From NCBI GenBank assembly GCA_963718235.1, contig CAVQYR010000001.1, positions 145,555 to 209,554 of the forward strand: a DNA stretch of 64,000 bases, given 5' to 3'. Under the pieces are notes generated by a model. It was not told the origin of the DNA. It searched no databases and worked only from the letters and a program-made list of their open reading frames with translations. Made by a program: the position numbers and the translations under genes. Shown here in pieces: positions 36,496 through 45,648 of the stretch. How positions within the stretch are numbered: position 1 is the first letter of the stretch; each line of letters opens with the position of its first letter. This stretch comes from an uncultured Actinomycetota bacterium (GTDB taxonomy: Bacteria; Actinomycetota; Actinomycetes; JAHEKZ01).

Positions 36496-36545
36496 GCTCG
36501 ACCCGTCTGAGCGACAACTTCTCCATGATCAACTTGGGGTGCAGG
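36471..36545. repeat. Direct repeat, copy 2
   Basis: cacgttgatcttggacatcatctgcatgctcgacccgtctgagcgacaacttctccatgatcaacttgggg. It lies immediately 3' of the dcd stop and contains the 5' end (MQMMSKINV) of the small membrane gene. Confidence 0.6.
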
Positions 36546-36546
36546 G

Positions 36547-37149
36547 TCAGGAGGGGGGCGGGGCGTCTCCCGGGTCGATCGGGGTGCGGTGGAAGCCCTG
36601 GAACGACTTGGACGGCGTCGGGCCGCGTTGCCCCTGGTAACGCGAGCCGTAGACCGACGACCCGTACGGGTGCTCCGCCGGCGACGACAGCCGGAACAGG
36701 CACAGCTGGCCGATCTTCATGCCGGGCCACAGCTTGATCGGCAGCGTGGCGACGTTGCTCAGCTCCAAGGTGACGTGCCCGGAGAAGCCGGGGTCGATGA
36801 AGCCCGCGGTCGAGTGGGTCAGCAGGCCCAGTCGCCCCAGCGACGACTTGCCCTCCAGACGTCCGGCGACGTCGTCGGGCAGGGTCACCACCTCGTAGGT
36901 CGACGCCAGCGCGAACTCACCGGGGTGCAGGATGAACGGCTCGTCGCCGTGCGGCTCCACCAGCCGGGTCAGGTCGGGCTGCTCGGCGGCCGGGTCGATG
37001 TGCGGGTACCGGTGGTTCTCGAACACCCGGAAGTACCGGTCGAGCCGGACGTCGATGCTCGACGGCTGGACCATCGTCGGGTCGTACGGGTCGAGGCCGA
37101 CCCGGCCGGAGCCCAGCTCGGCACGGATGTCGCGATCGGAGAGCAGCAC
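36547..37149 (-). CDS. dcd: dCTP deaminase
   Basis: [12 protein letters not shown]...SSIDVRLD...[15 protein letters not shown]; 200 aa. Confidence 0.9.
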   Translation of the reverse strand: MLLSDRDIRAELGSGRVGLDPYDPTMVQPSSIDVRLDRYFRVFENHRYPHIDPAAEQPDLTRLVEPHGDEPFILHPGEFALASTYEVVTLPDDVAGRLEGKSSLGRLGLLTHSTAGFIDPGFSGHVTLELSNVATLPIKLWPGMKIGQLCLFRLSSPAEHPYGSSVYGSRYQGQRGPTPSKSFQGFHRTPIDPGDAPPPS

Positions 37150-37219
37150 GGGCGCGAGGCTACTAGCCGACCCCAGACTGGGGCATAATCGGGCTGGCGC
37201 CGCCCACCACGCGGCCCGC

Positions 37220-37293
37220 GCGGGTGTAGTTCAATGGCAGAACATCAGCTTCCCAAGCTGACAGTGCGAGTTCGATTCTCGTCACCCGCTCCG
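37220..37293 (+). tRNA. tRNA-Gly (anticodon CCC)
   Basis: GCGGGTG-TA-GTTC-AATGGCA-GAAC-A-TCAGC-TTCCCAA-GCTGA-CAGT-GCGAG-TTCGATT-CTCGT-CACCCGC-T. The cloverleaf pairs perfectly and the sequence is near-identical to E. coli glyU. The 3' CCA is not fully encoded (TCCG). Confidence 0.85.
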
Positions 37294-38019
37294 ACGCGCC
37301 ACCCACGTGGCCCGAAGGGTGGACTCCGACACCGCCTGAGTCGCGTACTCCTCGGTCACCCCGACCAACCCGAAGCCGGCTTCGCCCAGCGCGCGGCTCA
37401 CCTGATCGTCGGTGAAGAAGTACTGGCGATGGCGCTCGGTGAAGGTGTCGCCGTCGCTGAGGCGGGTGACCACGATCGTGGTGTCACACACCCTGTCGTC
37501 GACGTAGACCTCGCTGGAGATCGTGAAGCGCCGCCCGTGCGCCTCGCCGTCCACGACTGCGTGCGCGGCGGTGAAGTGCATCATCGCCTCGGTGTGCAGG
37601 TCGAAGACGAGCCAGCCACCCGGGCGCAGGTGCTGCGCCACCGCGCTCAGGCTGGCCCCCAGCTCCTCCGGCTCCAGGTAGTTCAGGCCGTCGAACGTCG
37701 ACACCGCCGCGTCGAAGACCCCGTCGACGCTCAGGCGAGGCAGGGTCTGCTGCAGCAGGACGGCGTCCGGCCCGAGCAGCGACCGCGCCCGGCCGAGCAT
37801 CGACGCCGACGCGTCGACTCCGGTCACCCGGCACCCTCGAGCCTGGAGCTCAGCCGCCATCAGCCCCGTGCCGCAGCAGACGTCGAGGACGCTGCGGACG
37901 CCGGCGTCGTCCTCGCGCCAGGCGTCGACGAGGAAGTCGGCCCAGCGGTCGTAGCAGGGGTCGACCACGATCTCGTCGTAGACCCCGGCCAGGCGGGTGT
38001 AGGCGTCGGTCCCGCTCAC
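37282..38019 (-). CDS. Class I SAM-dependent methyltransferase
   Basis: Motif I (VLDVCCGTGLMAAEL) and the post-I acidic residue (VTGVDAS). Its 3' end overlaps the tRNA 3' end by about 10 nt on the opposite strand. Confidence 0.8.
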   Translation of the reverse strand: MSGTDAYTRLAGVYDEIVVDPCYDRWADFLVDAWREDDAGVRSVLDVCCGTGLMAAELQARGCRVTGVDASASMLGRARSLLGPDAVLLQQTLPRLSVDGVFDAAVSTFDGLNYLEPEELGASLSAVAQHLRPGGWLVFDLHTEAMMHFTAAHAVVDGEAHGRRFTISSEVYVDDRVCDTTIVVTRLSDGDTFTERHRQYFFTDDQVSRALGEAGFGLVGVTEEYATQAVSESTLRATWVARRSG

Positions 38020-38053
38020 CTGCGGCTCACGACACGCAGGCGTACACCGTCGT

Positions 38054-38332
38054 TCAGATCCCGAGGGCCTTGGCCTTGGCCGCGGAGAACTCCTCGTCGG
38101 TCAGGACACCCTGGCTGTGCAGCTGGGCCAGCTCCTGCAGCTTGGCGGTGGAGTCCTCCGGAGCGGGGGCGGCCTCGGCGGGTTCGGCGTACTGAGCCGG
38201 GGCCTGCTGGGCGTACTGCTCCTGAGCTTGCTGGTCGTACTTCGAGGCCTGGCGGTGCGCGACCCGCCCGGACACTGCGGTCGCTGTTCCAGCGACGACG
38301 GCGGTGCGCGCCGCCATGCGAAGAAGTCCCAT
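38054..38332 (-). CDS. SHOCT-domain protein
   Basis: A C-terminal SHOCT motif (LQELAQLHSQGVLTDEEFSAAKAKALGI) preceded by a Gln/Ala-rich linker and an N-terminal hydrophobic segment. Confidence 0.6.
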   Translation of the reverse strand: MGLLRMAARTAVVAGTATAVSGRVAHRQASKYDQQAQEQYAQQAPAQYAEPAEAAPAPEDSTAKLQELAQLHSQGVLTDEEFSAAKAKALGI

Positions 38333-38365
38333 CTCGATACCTCTCAGATCGTCAAGTGTCGGGGC

Positions 38366-38782
38366 CTACAGGTCGGGCAGGACGGCTTCTGCCACGTCGG
38401 CAGGGATCCTGATCTGGTCGATGACCACAGCATCGCTGTGGCGCAGGGCGTCGACGAACGTACGCGCCCAGACGTTCTCCCAGGCGATGAGGGCCACCGA
38501 GCTGTTCGGCTCGAGGTCGTCGGAGATCTCCTGGGCGTCCTCGTCGTTGAGTGCACCCGGCGCATGCAGCTCGAGCCCCGAGAACTGGGCGCCGACCTCG
38601 GGGTCGAGGTCGACGAGGTCGAAGGACCCGAGATTGCCCTCGGCGTCCTTGACCACGAACAGCAGGTCCAGCACTCGCACCGTGCCCGAGGACACGAGAT
38701 CGGCAAGCGCAGGTGCGATCTTCCCGGTGAACTTGTTTCCAGGGAAGGCGATGATGGCCACATCGACCGGACCTAGGCCCAT
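38366..38782 (-). CDS. Conserved hypothetical protein (DUF6325-like)
   Basis: MGLGPVDVAIIAFPGNKFTGKIAPALADLVSSGTVRVLDLLFVVKDAEGN... It starts at the internal Met; the upstream 32 codons in the ORF track are Arg/Gly-rich. Confidence 0.5.
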   Translation of the reverse strand: MGLGPVDVAIIAFPGNKFTGKIAPALADLVSSGTVRVLDLLFVVKDAEGNLGSFDLVDLDPEVGAQFSGLELHAPGALNDEDAQEISDDLEPNSSVALIAWENVWARTFVDALRHSDAVVIDQIRIPADVAEAVLPDL

Positions 38783-39030
38783 GAATCCCTCCACGTCGTC
38801 GTTGCTGAGGACCGCACCCCGTCGCGTGGCGCGTCTGACGCACCCTAACGGCAGCCGACCGGACCTGCCACCGGCCACAGCATGTAGCGGGGGCCGGTGA
38901 CGAGTGGTCGGCGGGACAGTCGAGGACCAGGCTCGACTCGGGTCGCCGGTGTCACCCGTTCGCCCGTCGACCCTCGATCCGAAGTCCGGACCATGGGACC
39001 ATTCCGCGACGACACACCACCGGAGGACCC

Positions 39031-39849
39031 ATGGCCGTCAGTCGACCGATTCGGCGAGCACTCGCAGTAGCCGTGGCAACGGCTGCACTGGCGACGCTCA
39101 CCGCCGCACCGGCCACTGGCACGGCGACCACGGTCAAGCCCCTGCCGGTCAACGCGAAGTGGGACTACCAGATCGGCCAGGCCTACCGACCGCCCGCTGG
39201 CGTCAGGGTCGTCTCACGCGACCGTGAGGCGCGACCCCCGAAGTCCGGCTACGCGATCTGCTACGTCAACGCGTTCCAGGCCCAGCCGCAGGAGGCGAGG
39301 TGGTGGAAGAGCAAGCACCGCAACCTGCTGCTCCGGCGGGCTGACGGCAGCTTCGTGGTCGACAGCTCCTGGGGAGAGATCCTGTTCGACGTCGGAACAC
39401 CGTCGAAGCGCCAGGCCCTCGCCCGCATCGTCGGGCGGTGGATCAGCGGGTGCGCACGTGACGGTTTCGACGCCGTCGAGCCGGACAACCTCGACTCGTG
39501 GACGCGTTCGAAGGGCCTGCTCAGTCGCGGCCAGGCGTTCGCGTTCGCCGCGCTGTTGGTCGACCGGTCGCACGCCGAGGGCCTGGCCATCGCCCAGAAG
39601 AACGCCGCGGGCAGCGTCGAGCGCGGCGTCGAGGTGGGGTTCGACTTCGCCGTCGCCGAGGAGTGCGGGCGCTGGCACGAGTGCGGCGCCTACGCCCGGG
39701 CCTACGACGACCGGGTCCTGGTGGTGGAGTACCGGGACGTCGACTTCACCCGCACCTGCACGCACTGGGGCGACCGGCTCTCGGTCATCCGACGAGACCG
39801 GATGGTGCGCGGGCCAGGGGCCGCCAGCTACCGGTACGACGCCTGCTGA
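39031..39849 (+). CDS. Secreted glycoside hydrolase family 114-like endo-alpha-1,4-polygalactosaminidase
   Basis: It has a signal peptide, and its motifs (WDYQIGQAY...GYAICYVNAFQAQP...FDAVEPDNLDSW...GLAIAQKNAAG) match GH114 as I recall it. Confidence 0.6.
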   Translation: MAVSRPIRRALAVAVATAALATLTAAPATGTATTVKPLPVNAKWDYQIGQAYRPPAGVRVVSRDREARPPKSGYAICYVNAFQAQPQEARWWKSKHRNLLLRRADGSFVVDSSWGEILFDVGTPSKRQALARIVGRWISGCARDGFDAVEPDNLDSWTRSKGLLSRGQAFAFAALLVDRSHAEGLAIAQKNAAGSVERGVEVGFDFAVAEECGRWHECGAYARAYDDRVLVVEYRDVDFTRTCTHWGDRLSVIRRDRMVRGPGAASYRYDAC

Positions 39850-40781
39850 ACCCACCCGGTCACGCATTCATCCCGTCCGCGGCGAGCTCGGCTCCGGCGC
39901 GTCTCGGGCCCGCCGCGATGAGGGCAGCCAGGGCGCTCGCTGACACCACGAGACACCATGCCGACGACCTGGTTGGCCGCGAGTCGCTGGCCGAGGACGA
40001 CGAAGCCGGCCAGCGCCGCAACGGCCGGGTGCACGCTCATCATCACGCCGAACAGCCGTGGTGGCACCACGCGTAGCGCACGCATGTCCGCGCTGTGCGG
40101 GACCACCGAGCTCAGCACGGCAACCGCGATCCCGAGCAGCAGCACGTCCAGCGTCAGCAACTGCGGCCCGGCCTGGGGGAGCGACCACGGCGCCACGACG
40201 AGTGCCGCCAACAAGGCCGCAAGGGGAAGAGCACCCTCGACCCCGGCCCGTGCGAGCAGGGAGTTGAACGTGATGTAGGCGGCCCAGCCGGCTGCAGCAC
40301 CCAGGGCGAAGACGACGCCGACGAGCTGGGCACCGTCCAGCCCCCCGGCCAGGACGACGACGCCGAGACCGGCAACCGCCGCGATCGCCAGGTCTCTGGG
40401 CCGCCGGGACAGGGCCACGGCAACCGCGAGCGGGCCGACGAACTCCACGGTGATGACCGCGCCCAGGGGCATCCGGTCGATCGCCGCGTACAGGGACAGA
40501 ATCATCAGTGCCATGGACAGGCCGAGCCCACCGGCCAGGAGCAGGTGGCTTCGCGGTCGGCCCCGAAGGCGCAGGCCGCCGATCGCGACGAGCACCACGG
40601 CTGCCAGGGACAACCGCAGGCCGACGGTCGCCGACGTCCCGATCAGCGGGAAGAGCGTCGCCGCTAGCGCCGCGCCGAACTGCACCGACACCACGCCGGT
40701 GAACACCAGGCCGACCCCGCGTGCCTGCTCTCGGGGTGAGCCGACCAGCCCCTGCTCCGCGGAGCCACGGCCGTCGGTCAT
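39828..40781 (-). CDS. EamA/DMT-family transporter
   Basis: Ten predicted TM helices and a duplicated EamA architecture. The conserved start is MTDGRG...; the reverse complement of ATG is at 40779-40781. Confidence 0.7.
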   Translation of the reverse strand: MTDGRGSAEQGLVGSPREQARGVGLVFTGVVSVQFGAALAATLFPLIGTSATVGLRLSLAAVVLVAIGGLRLRGRPRSHLLLAGGLGLSMALMILSLYAAIDRMPLGAVITVEFVGPLAVAVALSRRPRDLAIAAVAGLGVVVLAGGLDGAQLVGVVFALGAAAGWAAYITFNSLLARAGVEGALPLAALLAALVVAPWSLPQAGPQLLTLDVLLLGIAVAVLSSVVPHSADMRALRVVPPRLFGVMMSVHPAVAALAGFVVLGQRLAANQVVGMVSRGVSERPGCPHRGGPETRRSRARRGRDECVTGWVQQASYR

Positions 40782-40959
40782 GCCCGGACGGTACCGGCGC
40801 CCAGTGAGGGACGAGCTCGACCTCCCAGATCGTCGCCTCGGGGCATTCCTCCAACGATTCTGCTCAACCCCCTTGCCTAAGTTACCGATCAGTAGCACGA
40901 TGGATGTTACTGACGGGTAGCCTCGCTGCAGGCGGGGACGGGTACGGGAGGACGACGCC

Positions 40960-42789
40960 ATGGGCCACTACCGGGCCAACCTGCGTGACATCGAGTTCAC
41001 CTTGTTCGAGGTGCTCGACCGGCAGTCCCTGATGGGCCAGGGTCGCTACGCCGACCTCGACCTCGACACGGCCAAGGCGCTGCTGGCCGAGATCGAGCAC
41101 CTGGCCACGACCACACTGTCCGACGCCTTCGCGGTGGGCGACCGCACCCCGCCGGTCTTCGACCCCACCACGCACAGCGTCACCATGCCGCCGGAGTTCG
41201 CGGCCGTTTTCAAGACGTACATGGACGGAGGGTGGGCCGAGCTCGACCTGCCGGCCGAGCTGGGTGGCAGCCCGATGCCGCCGTCGGTGCGCTGGGCGAT
41301 CGCCGAGATGGTCCTCGGCTCCAACCCCGGCGTACACCTGTACTCGTCGGGACCGGCGTTCTGCCATGTGTTCTGGACCCTGGCCACCGACGAGCAGAAG
41401 CAGTGGGCGCAGGTGTGGGCGCAGCGCAAGTGGGGCGCCACGATGGTGCTCACCGAGCCTGACGCCGGCAGCGACGTCGGCGCGGGTCGGGCCAAGGCCG
41501 TCAAGCAGGACGACGGCTCATGGCACATCACCGGCGTGAAGCGCTTCATCACCTCCGCCGAGCACGACATGAGCGACAACATCGTGCACCTGGTGCTCGC
41601 CCGTCCTGAGGGACACGGGGTCGGCACCAAGGGCCTGTCCCTGTTCTTCGTCCCGAAGTTCCACGTCGACTGGGCGACCGGGGAGCTGTTGGAGCGCAAC
41701 GGCGTCTACGCCACCAACGTCGAGCACAAGATGGGCATCAAGGTGTCGACAACCTGCGAGCTCACCTTCGGCGACCGCGAGCCGGCGGTCGGCTGGCTCG
41801 TCGGTGAGGTGCACGACGGCATCGCGCAGATGTTCAAGATCATCGAGTTCGCCCGGATGATGGTCGGCACCAAGGCCATCGCCACCATGTCGACCGGCTA
41901 CCTGAACGCGCTGGAGTACACCAAGACCCGGGTGCAGGGCGCCGACCTCACGCAGATGCTCGACAAGACGGCGCCTCGGGTCACGGTGATCCACCACCCC
42001 GACGTCCGGCGCTCACTGATGACCCAGAAGGCATACGCCGAGGGCATGCGCGCCCTGGTGCTGTACACGGCGTCGATCCAGGACGCGATCGCCGTCAAGC
42101 AGGCCGCAGGCGACGACTTCGTCGCCGAGGACGCCATGAACGACCTGCTCCTGCCGATCGTGAAGGGCTACGGGTCGGAGAAGTCCTACGCCCTGCTCGG
42201 CAGTGAGTCGCTGCAGTGCTTCGGCGGGTCCGGGTACCTGCAGGACTACCCCCTCGAGCAGTACGTGAGGGACGCGAAGATCGACACCCTCTACGAGGGG
42301 ACCACTGCGATCCAGGGGCTCGACCTGTTCTTCCGCAAGATGGTCCGCAACAACTTCCAGGCCGTCACCGCGCTCGGACAGCAGATCGCCGAGACCACCA
42401 AGGCTGGCGAGGGTGACGATCCCCTCGCCGCCGAGCGGGCGCTGCTGGCCAAGGCCCTGGACGACGTCCAGGCCATGATCGGCGGACTCGCTGGGTTCGC
42501 GCTGGCGTCGCAGAGTGATCCGACCGAGCTGTACCGGGTCGGGCAGAACACCTCACGGCTGCTGTTCGCCGTCGGCGACCTCGTCGTCGGCTGGCTGTTG
42601 CTGCGTCAGGCCGAGGTAGCCACGGCCGCGCTGCCGACTGCGACTGGTGCCGACGTCGACTTCTACACCGGCAAGGTGGCCGCAGCTCGCTGGTTCGCCG
42701 CCCAGGTGCTGCCCCAGCTGACCGCACAGCGGGCGATCCTGGAGGGCACCGACAACTCCCTGATGGAGCTCCCCGAGTCCGCCTTCTGA
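40960..42789 (+). CDS. Long-form acyl-CoA dehydrogenase (FadE-like, about 600 aa)
   Basis: ACAD N, middle and C domains ([13 protein letters not shown]...[33 protein letters not shown]) plus a C-terminal extension typical of long FadE proteins. Confidence 0.9.
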   Translation: MGHYRANLRDIEFTLFEVLDRQSLMGQGRYADLDLDTAKALLAEIEHLATTTLSDAFAVGDRTPPVFDPTTHSVTMPPEFAAVFKTYMDGGWAELDLPAELGGSPMPPSVRWAIAEMVLGSNPGVHLYSSGPAFCHVFWTLATDEQKQWAQVWAQRKWGATMVLTEPDAGSDVGAGRAKAVKQDDGSWHITGVKRFITSAEHDMSDNIVHLVLARPEGHGVGTKGLSLFFVPKFHVDWATGELLERNGVYATNVEHKMGIKVSTTCELTFGDREPAVGWLVGEVHDGIAQMFKIIEFARMMVGTKAIATMSTGYLNALEYTKTRVQGADLTQMLDKTAPRVTVIHHPDVRRSLMTQKAYAEGMRALVLYTASIQDAIAVKQAAGDDFVAEDAMNDLLLPIVKGYGSEKSYALLGSESLQCFGGSGYLQDYPLEQYVRDAKIDTLYEGTTAIQGLDLFFRKMVRNNFQAVTALGQQIAETTKAGEGDDPLAAERALLAKALDDVQAMIGGLAGFALASQSDPTELYRVGQNTSRLLFAVGDLVVGWLLLRQAEVATAALPTATGADVDFYTGKVAAARWFAAQVLPQLTAQRAILEGTDNSLMELPESAF

Positions 42790-42874
42790 CGTATCCGGCA
42801 CCGCCACGCCCTGCCTCGCCGCGGTTCGTGGACACGGCCGGAACGATCGCGGAGCCCACTGCGTTTGCCCGAGC

Positions 42875-43180
42875 ATGGGCACCCTGTTCGCGATGACGCT
42901 CCCGGCGCTGGTCCTCGGGCTCGTCGCGCTCGGGATCTGGGACCTGCTGCGGTCACGAGCGACCCGACGTCCGCGGACCGGCACCGCGTTGGCCGGGTTC
43001 CAGGTGCTCGACGGGGTCTTCACACCGAGCAAGGTGCACGAGATGGAGGAGCGCCAACGGGTCGAGCTGATGCGTGACGACGTCGACGACGGCGCGCCGC
43101 CGTTCAGCCAGATCGACCTGGAGTCCGGGAGGGCCCGGCTCGTGGTCCCGGTCAGGGGCGACGAAGCGCCAGCCAGGTGA
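42875..43180 (+). CDS. Small hypothetical protein with an N-terminal TM helix
   Basis: A 101-aa protein (MGTLFAMTLPALVLGLVALGIWDLL...) supported only by composition; weak. Confidence 0.35.
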   Translation: MGTLFAMTLPALVLGLVALGIWDLLRSRATRRPRTGTALAGFQVLDGVFTPSKVHEMEERQRVELMRDDVDDGAPPFSQIDLESGRARLVVPVRGDEAPAR

Positions 43181-43763
43181 ACGGCTGCTCGGCCGCCCAC
43201 GGCGTGAGATGCACCAGGCGGCGCTCGGCGACGACGTCCAGGTCGGCACCGAGGGCATCGTGCAGCGCAGCAGCGTCGTAGCGCTGGACCGGCAGCCCCG
43301 AGCACTGCGCAGGGCCGTCCGCCGCGAAGGTCGCGACGACCGCGAGGCCGCCGGGTGGCAGCGCGTCGCGCATCCGTGCCGCATAGTGGTTGCGGTCAGC
43401 GGGGTCGGTGAGGAAGTGGAACACGGCACGGTCGTGCCACACGTCAAAGGTCCGCTCCGGTACCCATCGAGTGACGTCGGCCACGACCCAGTGCACCCCA
43501 CGTGACTCATCGCCCAGACGCGCTTGGGCGCGGGCAAGTCCTTGCCCTGAGACGTCGAGCACGGTGACGTCGGAGTGCCCTCGTGCGAGCAACGAGTCGA
43601 CGAGCACCGACGCACCGCCCCCGACGTCGAGCACCGACGCTTCCACCGTCACACCGCACGCGTCCAGCATGTTGACGCTGTGTGCCGCGTCACGCTGGAA
43701 CCAGCTCACGGCGTCCTCGGCCCTGGTGCCGTAGACGCTGTCCCAGTGCTCCGCTCCACTCAT
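43152..43763 (-). CDS. Class I SAM-dependent methyltransferase
   Basis: Motif I (VLDVGGGASVLVDSLL) and motif II (DVWHDRAVFHFL). Translationally coupled (ATGA) to the upstream thioredoxin-NHL gene. Confidence 0.75.
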   Translation of the reverse strand: MSGAEHWDSVYGTRAEDAVSWFQRDAAHSVNMLDACGVTVEASVLDVGGGASVLVDSLLARGHSDVTVLDVSGQGLARAQARLGDESRGVHWVVADVTRWVPERTFDVWHDRAVFHFLTDPADRNHYAARMRDALPPGGLAVVATFAADGPAQCSGLPVQRYDAAALHDALGADLDVVAERRLVHLTPWAAEQPFTWLALRRP

Positions 43764-45583
43764 GACGGGGTCTCGGCTCCGGCGAGCACGAGCGTGACGG
43801 CATCAGCGCCACCAGGGGCCACCTCAACCGGCACACCCCAGTCCTGCTGGTGCACATGGCAGGCAGGGTTCTCGGCGGTCTCGTCGTCGCACGACGCCGC
43901 CCGGGCGGAGATGTGCAGGACGGCGTCGGCAACAGCGTCGGAGACGACGACGTCGCGGTGCAGCTCGACACCGTGCCCGGCACCGGAGGCGAGCAACCCT
44001 GACGGAGACGAAGACACCGTGAGAAAGGTCGACGGTCCGTACCGGTCGTCCAGCTTCTGCCCGTGCGGCGGCTGGAAGACGACTCGGACTCGAACCAGAC
44101 CGGGGCCGAGCTGCATCGGCGGGCGTCTCGTTCGACGAGAGTCGCCGTCGACCCGCCGCGCTGCCTCGGGCAGCCGAACCCTGGTGATCCGGTGCGCCGC
44201 GGACTCCACGACCACCAGGTGCTCGCCTTCGACGAGCACGTCGCTCGGCTCGTTCAGGTCAGTGGTCAGTGTCATCAGCTCGTGGGTCGCGGGATCGAAC
44301 CGGCGGATGGTCCCGTTGTAGGTGTCGGCCACGGCGATGCTGCCGTCGGGCAGGACGGCCAGCCCCAACGGGTGCTGCATCAGCGCCTTCGCTGCGTCAC
44401 CGTCGACGTGCCCGAAGTCGAAGAGTCCCTGCCCGACGACGGTGTTCACGACGTCGTTGTGGACGCGGCGCAGGCTCGAGGTCTCGGAGTCGACGAACCA
44501 CAGCGTGTCGCCATCGCTCGCCAGTCCCGACGGCTGCGCCAGCCATGCCTCGGTGGCCGGTCCGTCGACCAGGCCTTCGTTCGCCGTTCCGGCCCGAACG
44601 CTCAGCGCAGGTGTCACGGGATCGAACGACCACAGCTGGTGGGTGCCCGCCATCGCGACGGCCACCTCGTGCCACCCCGGGTGCCAGACGACGTCCCAGG
44701 GAGAGCTGAGCGGCACCGCTGGGTCGGAGTCGGAAGGCCGTGGGTCGCCGTGCATCCACTGCGTGCCGGTGCCGGCGACCGTGGTCACGTGACCGTCAGC
44801 AAGCCGTACGCCACGCAGCGCATGGTTGACGGTGTCAGCGACCACCACGTCGTAGCCGCACCGGGAGGCGACCTCCGGGGGCAGCAGGCACAGCCCGTTG
44901 GGCTCGTTGAACCTCGCGCTCGCCGGATCACCGTCGGCCAGGCCGCGCACCCCGCTGCCGATCCGTCGTAGCAACGTCTCGCCGTCGGCCGCCAGCTCGG
45001 CGAGGCTGTGGTGACCGGCGTCGGCGACGAGCAGGGTGTCGTCGACGAGCCGCACCGCTCTTGCCGGGAAGCGCAGTGTGGTCGGTTCCGGGGTGGGCGC
45101 GACGTACGGCCCGTCGCCCCGGCGCAGGGCTCCCGTCGCCTCGTGGTCGACGACCAGCTGGGCGACCAGGGCATCGAGGGCGTGGGCGTGCCCCTCACCG
45201 GAGTGCTGGGCGACGACGTAGCCCTCGGGGTCGACGACGACCAGGGTCGGCCAGGCGCGTACGGCGTACTGCTGCCAGGTCGTGAGGTCCGGGTCGTCGA
45301 GTACCGGGTGCGCCACCCCGTACCGCTCGACCGCCGCGGCCAGGGCCGTGGGGTCGGCCTCGTGGGCGAACTTCGGCGAGTGCACCCCGACGACGGCCAG
45401 CACGTCGCGGTACTTCTCCTCCAGCGGCCGCAGCTCGTCGAGCACATGCAGGCAGTTCACACAGCAGAAGGTCCAGAAGTCCAGCAGCACGATCCGCCCG
45501 CGCAGCTCGCGCAGCGAGAGGTCCCGGCCGCCGGTGTTCAGCCACCCGCGCCCGGTGAGCTCAGGTGCCCGGAGTCGAACCAC
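43760..45583 (-). CDS. Thioredoxin-like (redoxin) domain fused to an NHL-repeat beta-propeller
   Basis: The N-terminus has a thioredoxin fold with WTFCCVNCLHVL (a CxxC active site). The remainder has repeated NHL-type blades (DGxLYVADTxNHxIRR-like: VADAGHHSL, VADTVNHALRGV, VADTYNGTIRRFD). Confidence 0.75.
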   Translation of the reverse strand: MVRLRAPELTGRGWLNTGGRDLSLRELRGRIVLLDFWTFCCVNCLHVLDELRPLEEKYRDVLAVVGVHSPKFAHEADPTALAAAVERYGVAHPVLDDPDLTTWQQYAVRAWPTLVVVDPEGYVVAQHSGEGHAHALDALVAQLVVDHEATGALRRGDGPYVAPTPEPTTLRFPARAVRLVDDTLLVADAGHHSLAELAADGETLLRRIGSGVRGLADGDPASARFNEPNGLCLLPPEVASRCGYDVVVADTVNHALRGVRLADGHVTTVAGTGTQWMHGDPRPSDSDPAVPLSSPWDVVWHPGWHEVAVAMAGTHQLWSFDPVTPALSVRAGTANEGLVDGPATEAWLAQPSGLASDGDTLWFVDSETSSLRRVHNDVVNTVVGQGLFDFGHVDGDAAKALMQHPLGLAVLPDGSIAVADTYNGTIRRFDPATHELMTLTTDLNEPSDVLVEGEHLVVVESAAHRITRVRLPEAARRVDGDSRRTRRPPMQLGPGLVRVRVVFQPPHGQKLDDRYGPSTFLTVSSSPSGLLASGAGHGVELHRDVVVSDAVADAVLHISARAASCDDETAENPACHVHQQDWGVPVEVAPGGADAVTLVLAGAETPS

Positions 45584-45606
45584 CGCCCCAGTCTCCCACC
45601 CGATCT

Positions 45607-45643
45607 CGCGCCCGATCAGGCCCGATTCGGGCGCGATCGGGCG
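45607..45643. repeat. Imperfect palindrome related to the 31713-31767 hairpin
   Basis: gcgcccgatcaggcccga-t-tcgggcgcgatcgggcgc (16 of 18 positions pair). It shares the core cctgatcgggcccgattcgggc with the dnaK-upstream hairpin and lies immediately 3' of the sigma/ZAS gene stop. Confidence 0.45.
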
Positions 45644-45648
45644 CGAAG

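Noticed and set aside
35933-36730. A 265-aa reverse-strand ORF spanning both repeat copies.
   Set aside because: It has Arg/Gly/Pro-rich composition and overlaps dcd in another frame. I kept the 153-aa membrane-like frame as the more plausible coding call, though neither frame is certain.
38881-39030. Short direct repeat GGACCAT-GGGACCAT upstream of the GH114 gene.
   Set aside because: It is too short (7 nt) to distinguish from chance in GC-rich DNA.
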